Assembly: GCA_963727775.1 (NCBI GenBank)
Contig: CAVSHB010000003.1
Span: forward strand, 96,001 to 160,000
Source: an uncultured Nitrospiraceae bacterium
GTDB lineage: Bacteria > Nitrospirota > Thermodesulfovibrionia > Thermodesulfovibrionales > SM23-35
Direction: 5' to 3'
Length of the DNA: 64,000 nucleotides
Shown here: piece after piece, positions 28,527 through 39,101 of the stretch
How the letters are laid out: every line of letters begins with the position of its first letter
How positions within the stretch are numbered: the stretch's first letter is position 1
The notes under the pieces: generated by a model
What the model saw: the letters and a program-made list of their open reading frames with translations, nothing else
The model's database searches: none
Told to the model about the DNA's origin: nothing
Program-made: the position numbers and the translations under genes

Positions 28527-30494
28527 CTAATCATTGACAACAACAAATTCCTCATAAACATTCTCAGGCAATTCTTTAATAAACCGCGAAGGTCTCAAAA
28601 AACCCAGCCCATGCCATTCCTCGGATGTGAACGGATAACAGAGATAGAGCTCATCCTTTGCCCTTGTTACCGCAACGTAGAAAAGTCTTCTCTCTTCTTC
28701 CTCATATTCTGTTTTCAACGACCTGACCGAAGGAAATCTTCCGTCATTCAGGCCTATAATGAACACCGTATTCCATTCGAGTCCTTTTGCCTGGTGTACT
28801 GTAGAGAGTATAACACATTCTCTGTCTTCATCCCCTCCCTCAGTCTCTCCGCCTGACGCGCTCTGGAGGCTTAATTCACTCACAAAAATCTCAAGCGAGC
28901 TATATTTTAGTGCAAACCTTGTCATCTGCTCAATGTCTTCAATCCTCTCCTCTGCATTCGGATAACGATTATAAAGATGGTCTTCGTATCCGTGCCTGAG
29001 TATATGCTCTATGGCCGTGGAAGGCTGTAACGGCATATCGGCGTTTCCACCGTTGCTCAAAAGCTTTAAAAGATCAAGAAAGAGATTGAAGGAGTCTAAG
29101 GCTTTTTTGGGTACAAGGCTGCTCGTCTCGAATATGGCGTCAAAAGGACTTTCTGATCTGCTTATCGAATCCCAAAGCCTTGCAGCGGTAATATTGCCGA
29201 TGCCGGGGACCAGCTTTATTATCCTTTTCCATCCGAGTTCGTCGTAGTTGTTCGTCACAACCCTGAGGAAAGAAAGGATGTCCTTGATATGCGCCTGTTC
29301 AAAAAACTTCAGGCCTGAGCGCACTTCAAAAGGTATCCCTCTTCGCTGAAGTTCCATCTGAAGCTCCATGGATTGATAGTGAGAACGGTAAAGCACGGCT
29401 ATGTCATTGAGATCCATGCCTTCTGCGGTCATATCGAGCATTTTCTGGGCCACGAAATCGGACTGCTGGAATACATCCTTGAGCGGTACGACATAAGGTT
29501 GGCTTCCCGAATTTTTTACAGCATGGAGTTCCTTTGGAAACTGCCGCATATTATGGACGATGCTTTTGTTTGCAAGGTTGAGGATTTCGGGAGTGGACCT
29601 GTAGTTAACGGTCAGGTTGAATATCGTCGCGTCGGGATACCTCTCGGGAAATTTCAGGATGTTTTCAAAATCAGCGCCCCTGAAAGAATAGATCGACTGG
29701 GCGTCATCGCCGACTACCATCAGGTTCCTGTTTGCGGAGGACATCAGGTCAACGATCTCCGCCTGGAGTTTATTGGTATCCTGGTATTCGTCAACGAGCA
29801 CATGCATTAATTTTGCCGAATAATATTCCCGTATATCTTCATTCTCCAGAAGTAACCTTTTCCAGTTGGTAAGCAGGTCGTCAAAATCCATCAGGTTTAA
29901 GGCATGTTTCTTTTGCTCATAGCGCATAATAGTCTGCCTTATCTCGTCGACGGCATTGATAAAATGCGGGAACCTCAAAGGGATGATCTCGTCGATGCTG
30001 CTTCCCTTGTTTATTGCAAGGCTATGCATCTCGCACAGGACAGAGCCTTTTGGAATGATCGTTTTTCTCTGCTTTATCTCCGCGAGGCAGATATCAAACA
30101 GGTCTTTTGAGTCTTCCCTGTCGAGTATGGAAAAGCCCGTCTTATAGCCGATCAGGAGACAATGCTTCCTTAAAAACATGTTCCCTATATGATGAAATGT
30201 TCCTCCCCAAAGCCCCTGGATGTTTCTGCCTATTAATCCTTCAACCCGCCGCATCATCTCCTTTGCAGCCTTATTGGTGAATGTCAGGAGCAGAATATTT
30301 TCAGGCCTGATGCCCGACTCTATCAGCCGCGCAACACGGTAGGTGACCGTCCTCGTCTTACCTGTGCCAGCGCCCGCGAGCACGAGCATGGAGCCTCTGT
30401 GGTGCATAACAACGGCATATTGCTCTTGGTTGAGTTCTTTTTCATAGCTGAGCTTGAAACCCGTAGATTCTCTGCGGAGGAAGTATTTTTTCAC
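28527..30494 (-). CDS. UvrD/PcrA/Rep family SF1 helicase
   Basis: AGAGTGKT, TFTNKAA, VDEYQDTN, VGDDAQSIYSFRGA, NYRST, TVHQAKGLEW, EERRLFYVAVTRA. Confidence 0.95.
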   Translation of the reverse strand: MKKYFLRRESTGFKLSYEKELNQEQYAVVMHHRGSMLVLAGAGTGKTRTVTYRVARLIESGIRPENILLLTFTNKAAKEMMRRVEGLIGRNIQGLWGGTFHHIGNMFLRKHCLLIGYKTGFSILDREDSKDLFDICLAEIKQRKTIIPKGSVLCEMHSLAINKGSSIDEIIPLRFPHFINAVDEIRQTIMRYEQKKHALNLMDFDDLLTNWKRLLLENEDIREYYSAKLMHVLVDEYQDTNKLQAEIVDLMSSANRNLMVVGDDAQSIYSFRGADFENILKFPERYPDATIFNLTVNYRSTPEILNLANKSIVHNMRQFPKELHAVKNSGSQPYVVPLKDVFQQSDFVAQKMLDMTAEGMDLNDIAVLYRSHYQSMELQMELQRRGIPFEVRSGLKFFEQAHIKDILSFLRVVTNNYDELGWKRIIKLVPGIGNITAARLWDSISRSESPFDAIFETSSLVPKKALDSFNLFLDLLKLLSNGGNADMPLQPSTAIEHILRHGYEDHLYNRYPNAEERIEDIEQMTRFALKYSSLEIFVSELSLQSASGGETEGGDEDRECVILSTVHQAKGLEWNTVFIIGLNDGRFPSVRSLKTEYEEEERRLFYVAVTRAKDELYLCYPFTSEEWHGLGFLRPSRFIKELPENVYEEFVVVND

Positions 30495-31834
30495 TTCAGT
30501 CCCGAAGCGATCTTTGCCGCGAATTCAGACAAAGACTCATCGCGTGCGCCGAACACCACATAACTATCCCATTCTTCTAACCGATCGAAGAGTGATGACC
30601 TCTCGTGCAGGGCTTCCGCTGATTTGCTCGCCTTTTTGATTTCACTGCATAGATCGTCGCTTGAGATGTCCTTTACCGATGTCCCGCCTGCGTAATATAT
30701 CGGCAGTAAGAACAAGTGGTCTTCTTCCCGAAGATTTTGTATAAATGTCCTGATATATTCCTGCTTCATCAGCCGGGTGGGGCCGTAGCCGTGGGGCTGA
30801 AAGATATAACAAATATTTCTACGGACTTTTTTCATGGTCTCCATCAGAGACGCTATTTTATGCGGGTTATGAGCGTAATCGTCTATTACGAGATGTTTTT
30901 CATTATTCAGGTGAATATCAAAACGCCGGTCGAGCCCAAAAAATTCAGGCAATACCTCTGCAATATCTTTCAGCTTAATTCCCATTTCCGAGAGCAGCGC
31001 AATACATGATACTGCATTATAAAGGTTATGTTTTCCGGGGAGAGAAAGTTTGAAATTTACATCCTGTAATTGAAAGGTTGTGTTGAACAGCTGATATCCC
31101 ACTGCCTTTGCCCTATATTTTGAATCTGTATCTATAGAAAACCTGATAGGTTCTTTTAGATGACAGAGGGCTAAATTTTCATCATCGCCATTAATAATAA
31201 CCGGCTTTTCTGTATTCCTGCCGAGCGCTGCGAACATCTCCGCCGTTTCATTTATCGAATTGTGGTCAAGAGCGAGATTGGAAATGATAGAATACGCGGG
31301 ATGGTAATGAACTATCGAGCCGTCTGATTCGCATGCTTCTATAACTAAAAAGTCTGAACCGCCGACCAGGGAGTTCCCGAGATTATTTAAGGTCTTAAAT
31401 TGTTTTACCCTGCCGCCGCCTATGAAATTAGGTTGCAGGCCGAGCCTGTCCATCAGAAACGCGAGCAGGCCAGATGTAGTGGATTTCCCGCTCGTCCCTG
31501 CAACAGCGATTGTCCTGAATCCCGATACAATCTCGCATAAATACTGCGGACGGGTCTTCATCGGGATGCCCAGTTCCTTGGCTTTCAATACTTCGGGCTG
31601 GTTGTCTTCAACGGCAGTGCTGAAAACGGTAAAATCAAAGGACGCATTAATACCGGAGCCGTCCTGGGGTACGATTCTGATCCCCTTGTTTTTCAAAATC
31701 TTACAGACAATATTATCAGGGTTTGTATCGAATGAGCGGTCGGAACCGACAACATTATTTCCGCGGTCTGCCATAAAACCCGCGATGGCCGATACCCCGC
31801 TGCCGCCGATGCCCGAGAAAAATATTTTTGACAT
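30491..31834 (-). CDS. Mur ligase (MurC/Mpl-like)
   Basis: GIGGSGVS, AVAGTSGKSTT, EACESDG, DH, RRF, DDYAHNP; probable start MSKIFF at 31834. Confidence 0.88.
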   Translation of the reverse strand: MSKIFFSGIGGSGVSAIAGFMADRGNNVVGSDRSFDTNPDNIVCKILKNKGIRIVPQDGSGINASFDFTVFSTAVEDNQPEVLKAKELGIPMKTRPQYLCEIVSGFRTIAVAGTSGKSTTSGLLAFLMDRLGLQPNFIGGGRVKQFKTLNNLGNSLVGGSDFLVIEACESDGSIVHYHPAYSIISNLALDHNSINETAEMFAALGRNTEKPVIINGDDENLALCHLKEPIRFSIDTDSKYRAKAVGYQLFNTTFQLQDVNFKLSLPGKHNLYNAVSCIALLSEMGIKLKDIAEVLPEFFGLDRRFDIHLNNEKHLVIDDYAHNPHKIASLMETMKKVRRNICYIFQPHGYGPTRLMKQEYIRTFIQNLREEDHLFLLPIYYAGGTSVKDISSDDLCSEIKKASKSAEALHERSSLFDRLEEWDSYVVFGARDESLSEFAAKIASGLK

Positions 31835-31906
31835 GCAAATTTTATTGTAAGCAAAATCAAAAACAAAGAGCAAAGAGGGAACAGAAAAATGTGAATTTCC
31901 CTGGAA

Positions 31907-31934
31907 AACAAAGGAGGGTCACCCCTCCTTTGTT
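31907..31934 (-). terminator. Intrinsic terminator after the DsrE-like gene
   Basis: AACAAAGGAGGG-TCAC-CCCTCCTTTGTT perfect hairpin. Confidence 0.65.
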
Positions 31935-31989
31935 CCGGACAGTAGGGTCACTGCATGAATAGCTATTATTCTATATTATGTATATAAGA

Positions 31990-32448
31990 TTATGTATATA
32001 AGAGAACTTTACAGTCTTTCGCGGACTTTAGAAAATCCTCTGCAGTCTGGATAGTCACCCCTTCAATAAAGTCTTCCTGCTTCAACCCCATCATATCGAC
32101 GGTCATCTTACAGGCCACAAACTTTACTCCTTCCAGTTGGGCGACCTCCTGAAGGTCCCCGAGTTCGGGAACATTCGCCTTTGCAATCTTGCTCTTCATC
32201 ATCCACGTGGCGACCGACGACATACCCGGAATTGCTCCCATGAAGCCGGGTGGTTGGAATTTGGCGTTCTTTATCCACCCTTTGCGGATGACATTGATCC
32301 CCATAAAGGTATAAAATACACTTGTCTCCATTCCCAAACGGTTGGCATTGATACCCAGAATGAGTCCCGGATAGGCGCCGTCAAGGGAATCCTTTGAAGT
32401 AATAAACGCAGCCGTTTCCTTCACCTTTTTTTCTTTTTCCTGGTCCAT
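31990..32448 (-). CDS. DsrE/DsrF/DrsH-like (DsrE2-type) sulfur-carrier family protein
   Basis: LDGAYPGLIL, VFYTFMG, KFVACKMTVDMMG. Confidence 0.8.
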   Translation of the reverse strand: MDQEKEKKVKETAAFITSKDSLDGAYPGLILGINANRLGMETSVFYTFMGINVIRKGWIKNAKFQPPGFMGAIPGMSSVATWMMKSKIAKANVPELGDLQEVAQLEGVKFVACKMTVDMMGLKQEDFIEGVTIQTAEDFLKSAKDCKVLLYT

Positions 32449-32638
32449 GTGTGTTTCTCCTTTTGAATTTTTATAATTATTATATCATAAAGTAATTTAA
32501 TTCTGTAAAGTCCTTTCAACGGGGTACTGATATTTTTTTGAAGAACTTTACTCTTGTCTTTGCCGCTTTTTTTGGTCCAGGTTGATAAATGACGGCAAAA
32601 GAGGGTATATTATGAATTAAATTTTTTGGAGGTGCACT

Positions 32639-32980
32639 ATGCTTAATTTGATAGATATAGCTCATGCAATGGGGCCTGCCCAGGGAGGCGCGGGACAGGG
32701 AGGTCCCGGGGGTATGATAGGCAGCCTTGTTCCTTTGGTCCTGATCTTTGTTATTTTTTATTTTCTCCTGATAAGGCCCCAGCAAAAGAAGGCTAAAGAA
32801 CATAAGAGCATGATTGATAACCTGAAAAAAGGTGACAAGATTATTACTTCAGGCGGCATGTATGGCGTTATTGAGGCTGTCGGGGCCAATACTGTTACTG
32901 TCAAGATCGGCGAAAATGTGAAGGTAAAACTCGGCAAAGCTTATGTTGCTGCGCTGAGAGCAGCTTCTGATGAAGACTAA
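32639..32980 (+). CDS. yajC: Preprotein translocase subunit YajC
   Basis: FYFLLIRPQQKK, LKKGDKIITSGG; upstream of secD. Confidence 0.96.
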   Translation: MLNLIDIAHAMGPAQGGAGQGGPGGMIGSLVPLVLIFVIFYFLLIRPQQKKAKEHKSMIDNLKKGDKIITSGGMYGVIEAVGANTVTVKIGENVKVKLGKAYVAALRAASDED

Positions 32981-32984
32981 AGGG

Positions 32985-33090
32985 AAATTCCAATACCTGA
33001 CTACGAAACTCTAAACAAATCCCGATGATGTCAAATTCAAAACCGTATAACGAGATGGTTTAGGATTTAGAAATTCGAATTTAGGGATTT
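32985..33090. repeat. Degenerate palindromic element built of short AT-rich units
   Basis: AAATTCCAA..CGAAACTCTAAACAAATCCC..AAATTCAAAACC versus GGTTTAGGATTTAGAAATTCGAATTTAGGGATTT. Confidence 0.5.
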
Positions 33091-33109
33091 AATGCTTTAT
33101 GGAGGGTGA

Positions 33110-34732
33110 ATGAAGAAAAAGATTCTCTGGAGATTAATCCTCATAGGTGTGACCGTTATTCTTGCGATCATATTTTTTCTGCCTAATACTCCTGTTTTCC
33201 AGTACACGCCTGAATGGTGGCAGAAAAATATGCCCAATAAAGGTATTGTACTCGGGCTTGACCTCCAGGGAGGCCTGCACCTTGTATTTGAGGTCGAAGG
33301 GGACAAGGCTGTTGAATTAAGTACCGAACGGTATGCGTCAAGATTACGGGACTTGTTTACCAAGAAAAAACTTACTGCTGATGTCGCCGTAAGCGCACTT
33401 ACCATTACCGTGAGCCCGTCTAATATGGAGACAAGGAAGGTTGTCGAAGATAACTATCCCACTTTAATACTCTCTGAGGCTGGGGGAAAGCTTGTCTGTA
33501 AAATGTCCGACAAGGAAGCAAAAAGAATTAAGGACAACGCTGCCGATCAGGCCCTTGAAACAATCCGTAACAGGATTGATCAGTTCGGCGTTGCCGAGCC
33601 GACTATCCACAGGCAGGGGGACAACGAGATTGTTGTCCAGCTGCCGGGCGTTAAAGAGCCGAAGCGCGCCATTGACCTGATCGGAAAGACCGCGCAGCTC
33701 GAGTTCAAGCTTGTAGATGATGAAGCTAAAGTAGCCGCTGAAATTCCACAGTCGGTGCTTCAGGGTGAGGAAGACAATATTTTGAAACAGTTTGCAGAAA
33801 AGATACCCGAAGGCGACGAAATACTTTTTGAAAAGAAGGTCAACAGAGAAACAGGCGCTGTAAGGAAGATCCCCATTCTTCTCAAAAAACAGGCTGCGCT
33901 TACCGGAGACCTTTTAAGTGACGCGAAAGTTAATATCGACTCGCGTTTTAGCGAGCCTTACGTATCGATATCATTCAATGCAGCAGGCGCAAGCCTTTTT
34001 GAAGAAGTAACAGGAGCGAATGTCAAGAAGAGACTGGCGATAATACTTGATAACACAGTGTATTCAGCCCCTGTTATTCAGGAGAAGATCGCGGGAGGAA
34101 ATGCCCAGATAACCGGGAGTTTCACGATGGATGAGGCAAAGGACCTCAGCATTGTATTAAAGGCAGGCGCGCTCCCTGCGCCGCTGAAGATGCTCCAGAA
34201 TGTGACTGTCGGTCCTTCGCTCGGGAGGGACTCTATAGAGGCCGGAAAAATGGCGGGCATAATCGGCACGATTGCGGTCATCATTTTTATGATTTTCTAC
34301 TACAGGCTTTCAGGGGTAATTGCAGACTTTGCCCTGCTTTTGAACATCCTCCTCCTTATGGGCGCCATGGCGTCCCTTAATGCTACCCTTACCTTGCCGG
34401 GCATTGCGGGTATAATCCTTGCCATCGGTATGGCTGTTGACTCTAATGTCCTGATGTTCGAGAGGATGAGGGACGAACTGCGATCGGGAAAAACGCCCAG
34501 ATCAGCGGTAGATTCCGGATATGATAAAGCGTTCTGGACGATCTTTGACTCCCATGTGACAACATTGATAACGGCTGCCGTGCTTTTCCAGTTCGGCACC
34601 GGCCCGATAAAAGGGTTTGCGGTAACGCTTAGCCTTGGTGTTGCAATAAATTTGTTCACAGCTTTGATCGGAACCAAGTCAGTCTTCGACATCATAAACA
34701 GCAAGCGTGAATTAAAGAAACTGAGCATATAG
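33110..34732 (+). CDS. secD: Protein translocase subunit SecD
   Basis: [40 protein letters not shown]. Confidence 0.97.
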   Translation: MKKKILWRLILIGVTVILAIIFFLPNTPVFQYTPEWWQKNMPNKGIVLGLDLQGGLHLVFEVEGDKAVELSTERYASRLRDLFTKKKLTADVAVSALTITVSPSNMETRKVVEDNYPTLILSEAGGKLVCKMSDKEAKRIKDNAADQALETIRNRIDQFGVAEPTIHRQGDNEIVVQLPGVKEPKRAIDLIGKTAQLEFKLVDDEAKVAAEIPQSVLQGEEDNILKQFAEKIPEGDEILFEKKVNRETGAVRKIPILLKKQAALTGDLLSDAKVNIDSRFSEPYVSISFNAAGASLFEEVTGANVKKRLAIILDNTVYSAPVIQEKIAGGNAQITGSFTMDEAKDLSIVLKAGALPAPLKMLQNVTVGPSLGRDSIEAGKMAGIIGTIAVIIFMIFYYRLSGVIADFALLLNILLLMGAMASLNATLTLPGIAGIILAIGMAVDSNVLMFERMRDELRSGKTPRSAVDSGYDKAFWTIFDSHVTTLITAAVLFQFGTGPIKGFAVTLSLGVAINLFTALIGTKSVFDIINSKRELKKLSI

Positions 34733-34740
34733 GAGAATAC

Positions 34741-35652
34741 ATGATAGAGCTGATCAAAAACCCCAATATTAATTTTCTAGGCAAGCGGAATATAGCTTTT
34801 GCCTTTTCAGGAATTCTATGCGTTATAGGTATTATTGCTATAATCCAGATAGCGACAGGCCATGCAAACCTTGGAATAGATTTTGCCGGGGGGACCGCCA
34901 TACAGTTCAAGTTTGAAAAACCGATTGCGCTGCACAACGTAAGGCTTGCCCTCGAAAGCGGAGGGTTAAAAGACTTTGACCTTCAGGATCTGCCTTCAGA
35001 GAATAAGATCCTTATCCGGGTCAAGAAGACTGACCAGGAACTCGGTAAGGTTTCCGATGCTATCACAACCATATTAAGTCAGAAATTACCGGATAACAAA
35101 TACGTGGTCGATTCAACTACCTTCATCGGGCCCAAAGTCGGAGGCAGGCTGAGGGCTGATGCGGCAAAGGCTGTAGCTGTTGCCGTTATCGGGATACTTA
35201 TCTACGTGGCGTTCAGGTTCCAGTTCAAGTTCGGCGTGGGCGCCACAATCGCGACCTTCCACGATGTGCTGGCTGTGCTCGGTATATTTTATCTTATGGG
35301 TAAAGAGATTAATCTCATTTTGATAACGGCGTTGCTTACCGTAGCAGGTTATTCACTTACTGATACGGTGGTCGTCTTCGACAGAATACGTGAAAACCTA
35401 AAAGCGAGACAGCGGGAAGATGTTGAAACTGTCATGAACAGCAGTGTCAATGAAGTACTGTCAAGAACAATTATAACCTCCACAACCGTTCTCCTCACAT
35501 CTATAGCGCTTTTTTTCTTCGGAGGCGAAGTCATCCATGACTTCTCACTGGCCATGGTAATGGGCGTTATTGTCGGGACGTATTCCTCTGTATTTGTTGC
35601 AAGCCCGATAGTGCTCATTTGGGGAGGGAAAAGACCGTTTGCGAATAAATAA
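34741..35652 (+). CDS. secF: Protein translocase subunit SecF
   Basis: LGIDFAGGT, FHD, GYSLTDTVVVFDRIREN, GTYSS. Confidence 0.97.
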   Translation: MIELIKNPNINFLGKRNIAFAFSGILCVIGIIAIIQIATGHANLGIDFAGGTAIQFKFEKPIALHNVRLALESGGLKDFDLQDLPSENKILIRVKKTDQELGKVSDAITTILSQKLPDNKYVVDSTTFIGPKVGGRLRADAAKAVAVAVIGILIYVAFRFQFKFGVGATIATFHDVLAVLGIFYLMGKEINLILITALLTVAGYSLTDTVVVFDRIRENLKARQREDVETVMNSSVNEVLSRTIITSTTVLLTSIALFFFGGEVIHDFSLAMVMGVIVGTYSSVFVASPIVLIWGGKRPFANK

Positions 35653-35658
35653 GTACTC

Positions 35659-35740
35659 AGGCAGTCGGGGGTCCAAGGATTCAAGTGATGGAACGCTTTT
35701 TCACCTTGGACCCTATGAACCCTTGGATCCCTGAAACCTT
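35659..35740. repeat. Inverted array of octamer-like units (GGGTCCAA/GGATTCAA)
   Basis: GGGTCCAAGGATTCAAGTGA...TCACCTTGGACCCTATGAACCCTTGGATCCC between secF and recJ. Confidence 0.6.
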
Positions 35741-35749
35741 CTCTCCGCC

Positions 35750-37468
35750 ATGCATCGGCGCTGGCTTGTCAACAGGACCAAACCGGAATATATACAATAC
35801 TTATCCAAGACCGCATCCATTTCTCCCCTCATGGCCCAAATACTCATTAACAGGGGCATTAAGACATCAGGGGAAATAGATTGTTTCCTTAATCCGATCA
35901 TTTCCCAGCTATCCGATCCTTTTGAATTGGCAGGTATTAAAACCGCTGTCGACAGGATTGTGACTGCGTCAAAACACGGAGAGAAGGTGCTTGTCCACGG
36001 TGATTATGACGCCGACGGCCTTACGGCAACCGCAATAATGCTTAAGGCATTAAAACAAACAGGTATTGACGCCTGCCATTTTATTCCAAACAGGATGGAG
36101 CACGGCTACGGTTTTACCGCGGCGTCTGCGAAAAAGGCTAAACAGATGGGCGTCGGTCTCTTGATAACAGTCGACTGCGGCATAACCTCATTTGAAGCCG
36201 CGTCTTTATGCAAGACAATGGGAATTGATGTCATTATAACCGACCACCACGAACCGGTTTCGTCGGCAATGAAAGGGTCGGAAGGAGAAGACTTCAGATT
36301 GCCGGATGCCTTGGCCGTCATCAATCCAAAAACCTTCAGTCTCCTGTCTCCGGTATCTAATCTTTCCGGCGCGGGTGTTGCATTTAAACTTGCGCACGCT
36401 TTGGCCGTGGTCCACAATTCAGAGTCCGAGGTTTATGATTTTTTGGACCTTGCAGCCCTCGGCACAATGGCTGATGTTGTTCCGTTGACAGGCGAAAACA
36501 GGATCATCGTAAAAGAAGGATTGAAGGTAATGGAGAATGGGGCAAGGCTTGGGTTACAGGCGCTGCAAAGGTTTGCGGGGATTGAAGGGAAAAGGCTTAA
36601 AACAGGTCTGCTTTTATTTACAATAATCCCCAGGATCAATGCGGCCGGAAGGATTTCCGACCCCAACAATGTTCTCAATCTGCTGCTTACCGATTCAGAG
36701 GATGAGGCGAATGAGTTGTCATCCTGGCTGGACAGATTGAATTCAGAGAGACAGAAGATAGAAGAAGAAGTTTATCAGGAAGCCGTCTCCATGCTCAACT
36801 CGAGGGATATGCGTCAGGTTATTGTACTCTCGTCCGAAGGATGGCATAAAGGTGTCATTGGTATCGTAGCATCAAGGATTGCGGAAGAGTTCTACCGGCC
36901 CGCATTCATTCTTTCCGTAGAAGGAGCAGTTGCCAGGGGATCGGCAAGAAGTATCCCTTCTTTTGATATATATAATGCGCTCACCGGTTGCAAAGAATTC
37001 CTGAAGGGTTTCGGCGGGCATAAGCAGGCCGCAGGCCTGGAATTGGATGCCGGGAACATTTCTTCTTTTGATGATTGCATAAACAGGATCGCATATGAGA
37101 CCCTCTCTGAAAAAGATTATATCCCCTCCCTTGAAATAGATGCAGATGTGGAGTTCTCGGACATCAGTTTTGATCTCATCAAAGAATTAGAGTTGCTTGA
37201 ACCATTTGGTTTTGGCAACTTGGAGCCGTTTTTTGGATCAAAAGGACTCGATGTTCTTTATCCGAGGATACTTAAAAATAATCATCTCAAGATGAAACTC
37301 AGGCAGAAAAACAGGGCTATCGATGCGATAGGATTTAATATGGCAGCGTCTTTTGATAAGATCGCTGTCGCAACAAAGGTCGATGCCGTATTTTCTCCGC
37401 ATGTTAATGAATGGGAGGGGGTCAGAAGCCTGCAGCTTAATCTGAAAGCATTAAGGCCAAGCCGATAA
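35750..37468 (+). CDS. recJ: ssDNA-specific exonuclease RecJ
   Basis: GDYDADG, ITVDCG, TDHH, PRINAAGR, GSARS, GGHKQAAG. Confidence 0.97.
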   Translation: MHRRWLVNRTKPEYIQYLSKTASISPLMAQILINRGIKTSGEIDCFLNPIISQLSDPFELAGIKTAVDRIVTASKHGEKVLVHGDYDADGLTATAIMLKALKQTGIDACHFIPNRMEHGYGFTAASAKKAKQMGVGLLITVDCGITSFEAASLCKTMGIDVIITDHHEPVSSAMKGSEGEDFRLPDALAVINPKTFSLLSPVSNLSGAGVAFKLAHALAVVHNSESEVYDFLDLAALGTMADVVPLTGENRIIVKEGLKVMENGARLGLQALQRFAGIEGKRLKTGLLLFTIIPRINAAGRISDPNNVLNLLLTDSEDEANELSSWLDRLNSERQKIEEEVYQEAVSMLNSRDMRQVIVLSSEGWHKGVIGIVASRIAEEFYRPAFILSVEGAVARGSARSIPSFDIYNALTGCKEFLKGFGGHKQAAGLELDAGNISSFDDCINRIAYETLSEKDYIPSLEIDADVEFSDISFDLIKELELLEPFGFGNLEPFFGSKGLDVLYPRILKNNHLKMKLRQKNRAIDAIGFNMAASFDKIAVATKVDAVFSPHVNEWEGVRSLQLNLKALRPSR

Positions 37469-37486
37469 CAAAAAGCCGAAGATTAT

Positions 37487-38102
37487 TCAGCCATTTAATT
37501 AAATTATATACCCCGCTGTCTCTGCGGCGGGGAAACCGTGAACCCCCTTTTGAAAAGGGGGTTTGGGGGATTATAATGCTGTTACAATGGAACTGGGAAA
37601 GAGGCCTCATGCGGTCTATAAGATTCGATACCATTTGGTGACTGCTGTAAAGTACCGTAAGGTTTTGTTGAATGAGGAAGTTGAGAAATGTATCAGAGAG
37701 ACAATGAGGGGAATTACTGAACGGTACAATATTGTAATCGATGAAATTGGATTTGATGAGGATCAAATACATATCTTCTGCGGTGCTCAACCGCAATATA
37801 GCCCGAGTCAGGTGCTGAACGTAATTAAGTCGATAACGGCGAAACGAGTATTCGAAGAATTTCCGAAGATGAAGAAAGTAGAATTGTGGGGTGGAGAATT
37901 CTGGAGTGACGGCAAGGACATAGGAACGGTCGGGGATGCAACAAATGAAGAAGTGATTAAGCGATACATAAGGAATCAGACTTTGGATAAGTCTGAAATA
38001 GAGCGGCGCACAGGTCAGCTAAAACTGTTCAAAATTTAAAGATGCCATCGCTGGTGAGAGTTTTCCGAGATACCCCGCCGTCTCTGCGGCGGGGAGGTTC
38101 AT
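37487..38102 (+). mobile_element. IS200-type element (tnpA only)
   Basis: Matching subterminal hairpins ATACCCCGCYGTCTCTGCGGCGGGGA at both ends; inserted 3' of TTAT; right end ...GGTTCAT. Confidence 0.9.
37587..38039 (+). CDS. tnpA: IS200/IS605 Y1 transposase TnpA
   Basis: YHLVTAVKYRK, IKSITA, LWGGEFWSDG, YIRNQ; the HUH motif reads D-Q-I-H. Confidence 0.9.
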   Translation: MELGKRPHAVYKIRYHLVTAVKYRKVLLNEEVEKCIRETMRGITERYNIVIDEIGFDEDQIHIFCGAQPQYSPSQVLNVIKSITAKRVFEEFPKMKKVELWGGEFWSDGKDIGTVGDATNEEVIKRYIRNQTLDKSEIERRTGQLKLFKI

Positions 38103-38240
38103 TCATAAAATTTGCGGATGCCGACAGATACAGTATTTGCGCTCATTCTCGGCCCGATACGGATCGGGCCTCCGAGGTAAATTCTTTCGAAGAAAGAATT
38201 TAAACCCGCTTAAATACTGTATTTGTCGATTTTACGAATA
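38103..38240. repeat. Structured repeat family, copy B
   Basis: Near reverse complement of 52566-52710; outer stem CGACAGATACAGTATTT/AAATACTGTATTTGTCG with two inner hairpins. Confidence 0.9.
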
Positions 38241-38690
38241 GTGCGGATTAGGGGGTAGTGCAACGATAGAAAACCAGAAAATATTGATAGCTTTGACGAC
38301 GTCTAAAAAGCCTTCGAGACTGAGAGGTTTGATAATGTAACAGTTCGCGTGGAGATTATATGCGTTAAAAATATCCTGCTCGGCCCTTGAGGTTGACAGG
38401 ATTATTACGGGGATGCGCTTCAGCTGCGGGTCTTTTTTAATTTCTGCCAAGACCTCCAGACCATTCTTTTTAGGCAGATTAAGATCAAGAAATATGATAT
38501 CCGGACGTTCAGCGGCGGCATACTTTTCTTCATTCCGCAGGTATGCAATGGCTTCCACCCCGTCATTAACAACATTCAGGTAATTGGGGATATTGCTTTC
38601 TTCCAAAGATTCTTTTGTAAGGCGCACATCTCCGGGGTTGTCTTCCACCAATAAGATATTAACAATCTTGTCGGCTATTATTCCGTTCAT
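38232..38690 (-). CDS. Single-domain response regulator (CheY-like receiver)
   Basis: ILLVEDNPGD, PDIIFLDLNLPKKNG, IPVIILSTS, ANCYIIKP. Confidence 0.95.
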   Translation of the reverse strand: MNGIIADKIVNILLVEDNPGDVRLTKESLEESNIPNYLNVVNDGVEAIAYLRNEEKYAAAERPDIIFLDLNLPKKNGLEVLAEIKKDPQLKRIPVIILSTSRAEQDIFNAYNLHANCYIIKPLSLEGFLDVVKAINIFWFSIVALPPNPHYS

Positions 38691-38808
38691 ATTTCCTCTC
38701 TATAGCCAATTATGCTAAAAGAAAATATCGAATATTGTCTATTGTGGCAAGCGTAACGGCGACTTAATATGTTGTTATAAGTAAAAAGCATATCTGTAAA
38801 AGTTAAAT

Positions 38809-38824
38809 AGCAAGAGAGATGCCA
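38809..38824 (-). promoter_or_regulatory. sigma54 (-24/-12) promoter of the response regulator
   Basis: Minus strand TGGCATCTCTCTTGCT matches TGGCA-N6-TTGCW. Confidence 0.7.
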
Positions 38825-39101
38825 GATACAAGTTCTTGATTTTAATGGCTTAAAAGTAACCTATAGTTTTTGTTATGGGCAATTTGCACCTTGAGTGTGT
38901 CATATTGCCTTATTTAAGCATATTGTTGCACTCTCACAAAAAAAACGGCGCGCTGCTACGACTTTACCTCTGCTGAGATAGTGATATAATTAAACTCAAA
39001 GGATAATACAGCGCCATATCTCTATAGTTGGAAGGGGCGTACAAGTTTTATATTTTGAGGTTCAAGGCCTAACAAAAATACAAAGCAAAAGGAGAAGGTC
39101 C

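Noticed and set aside
38040..38102. tnpB or omega-RNA module in the IS200 element
   Set aside because: Only about 60 nt separate the tnpA stop from the right end, with no TnpB ORF
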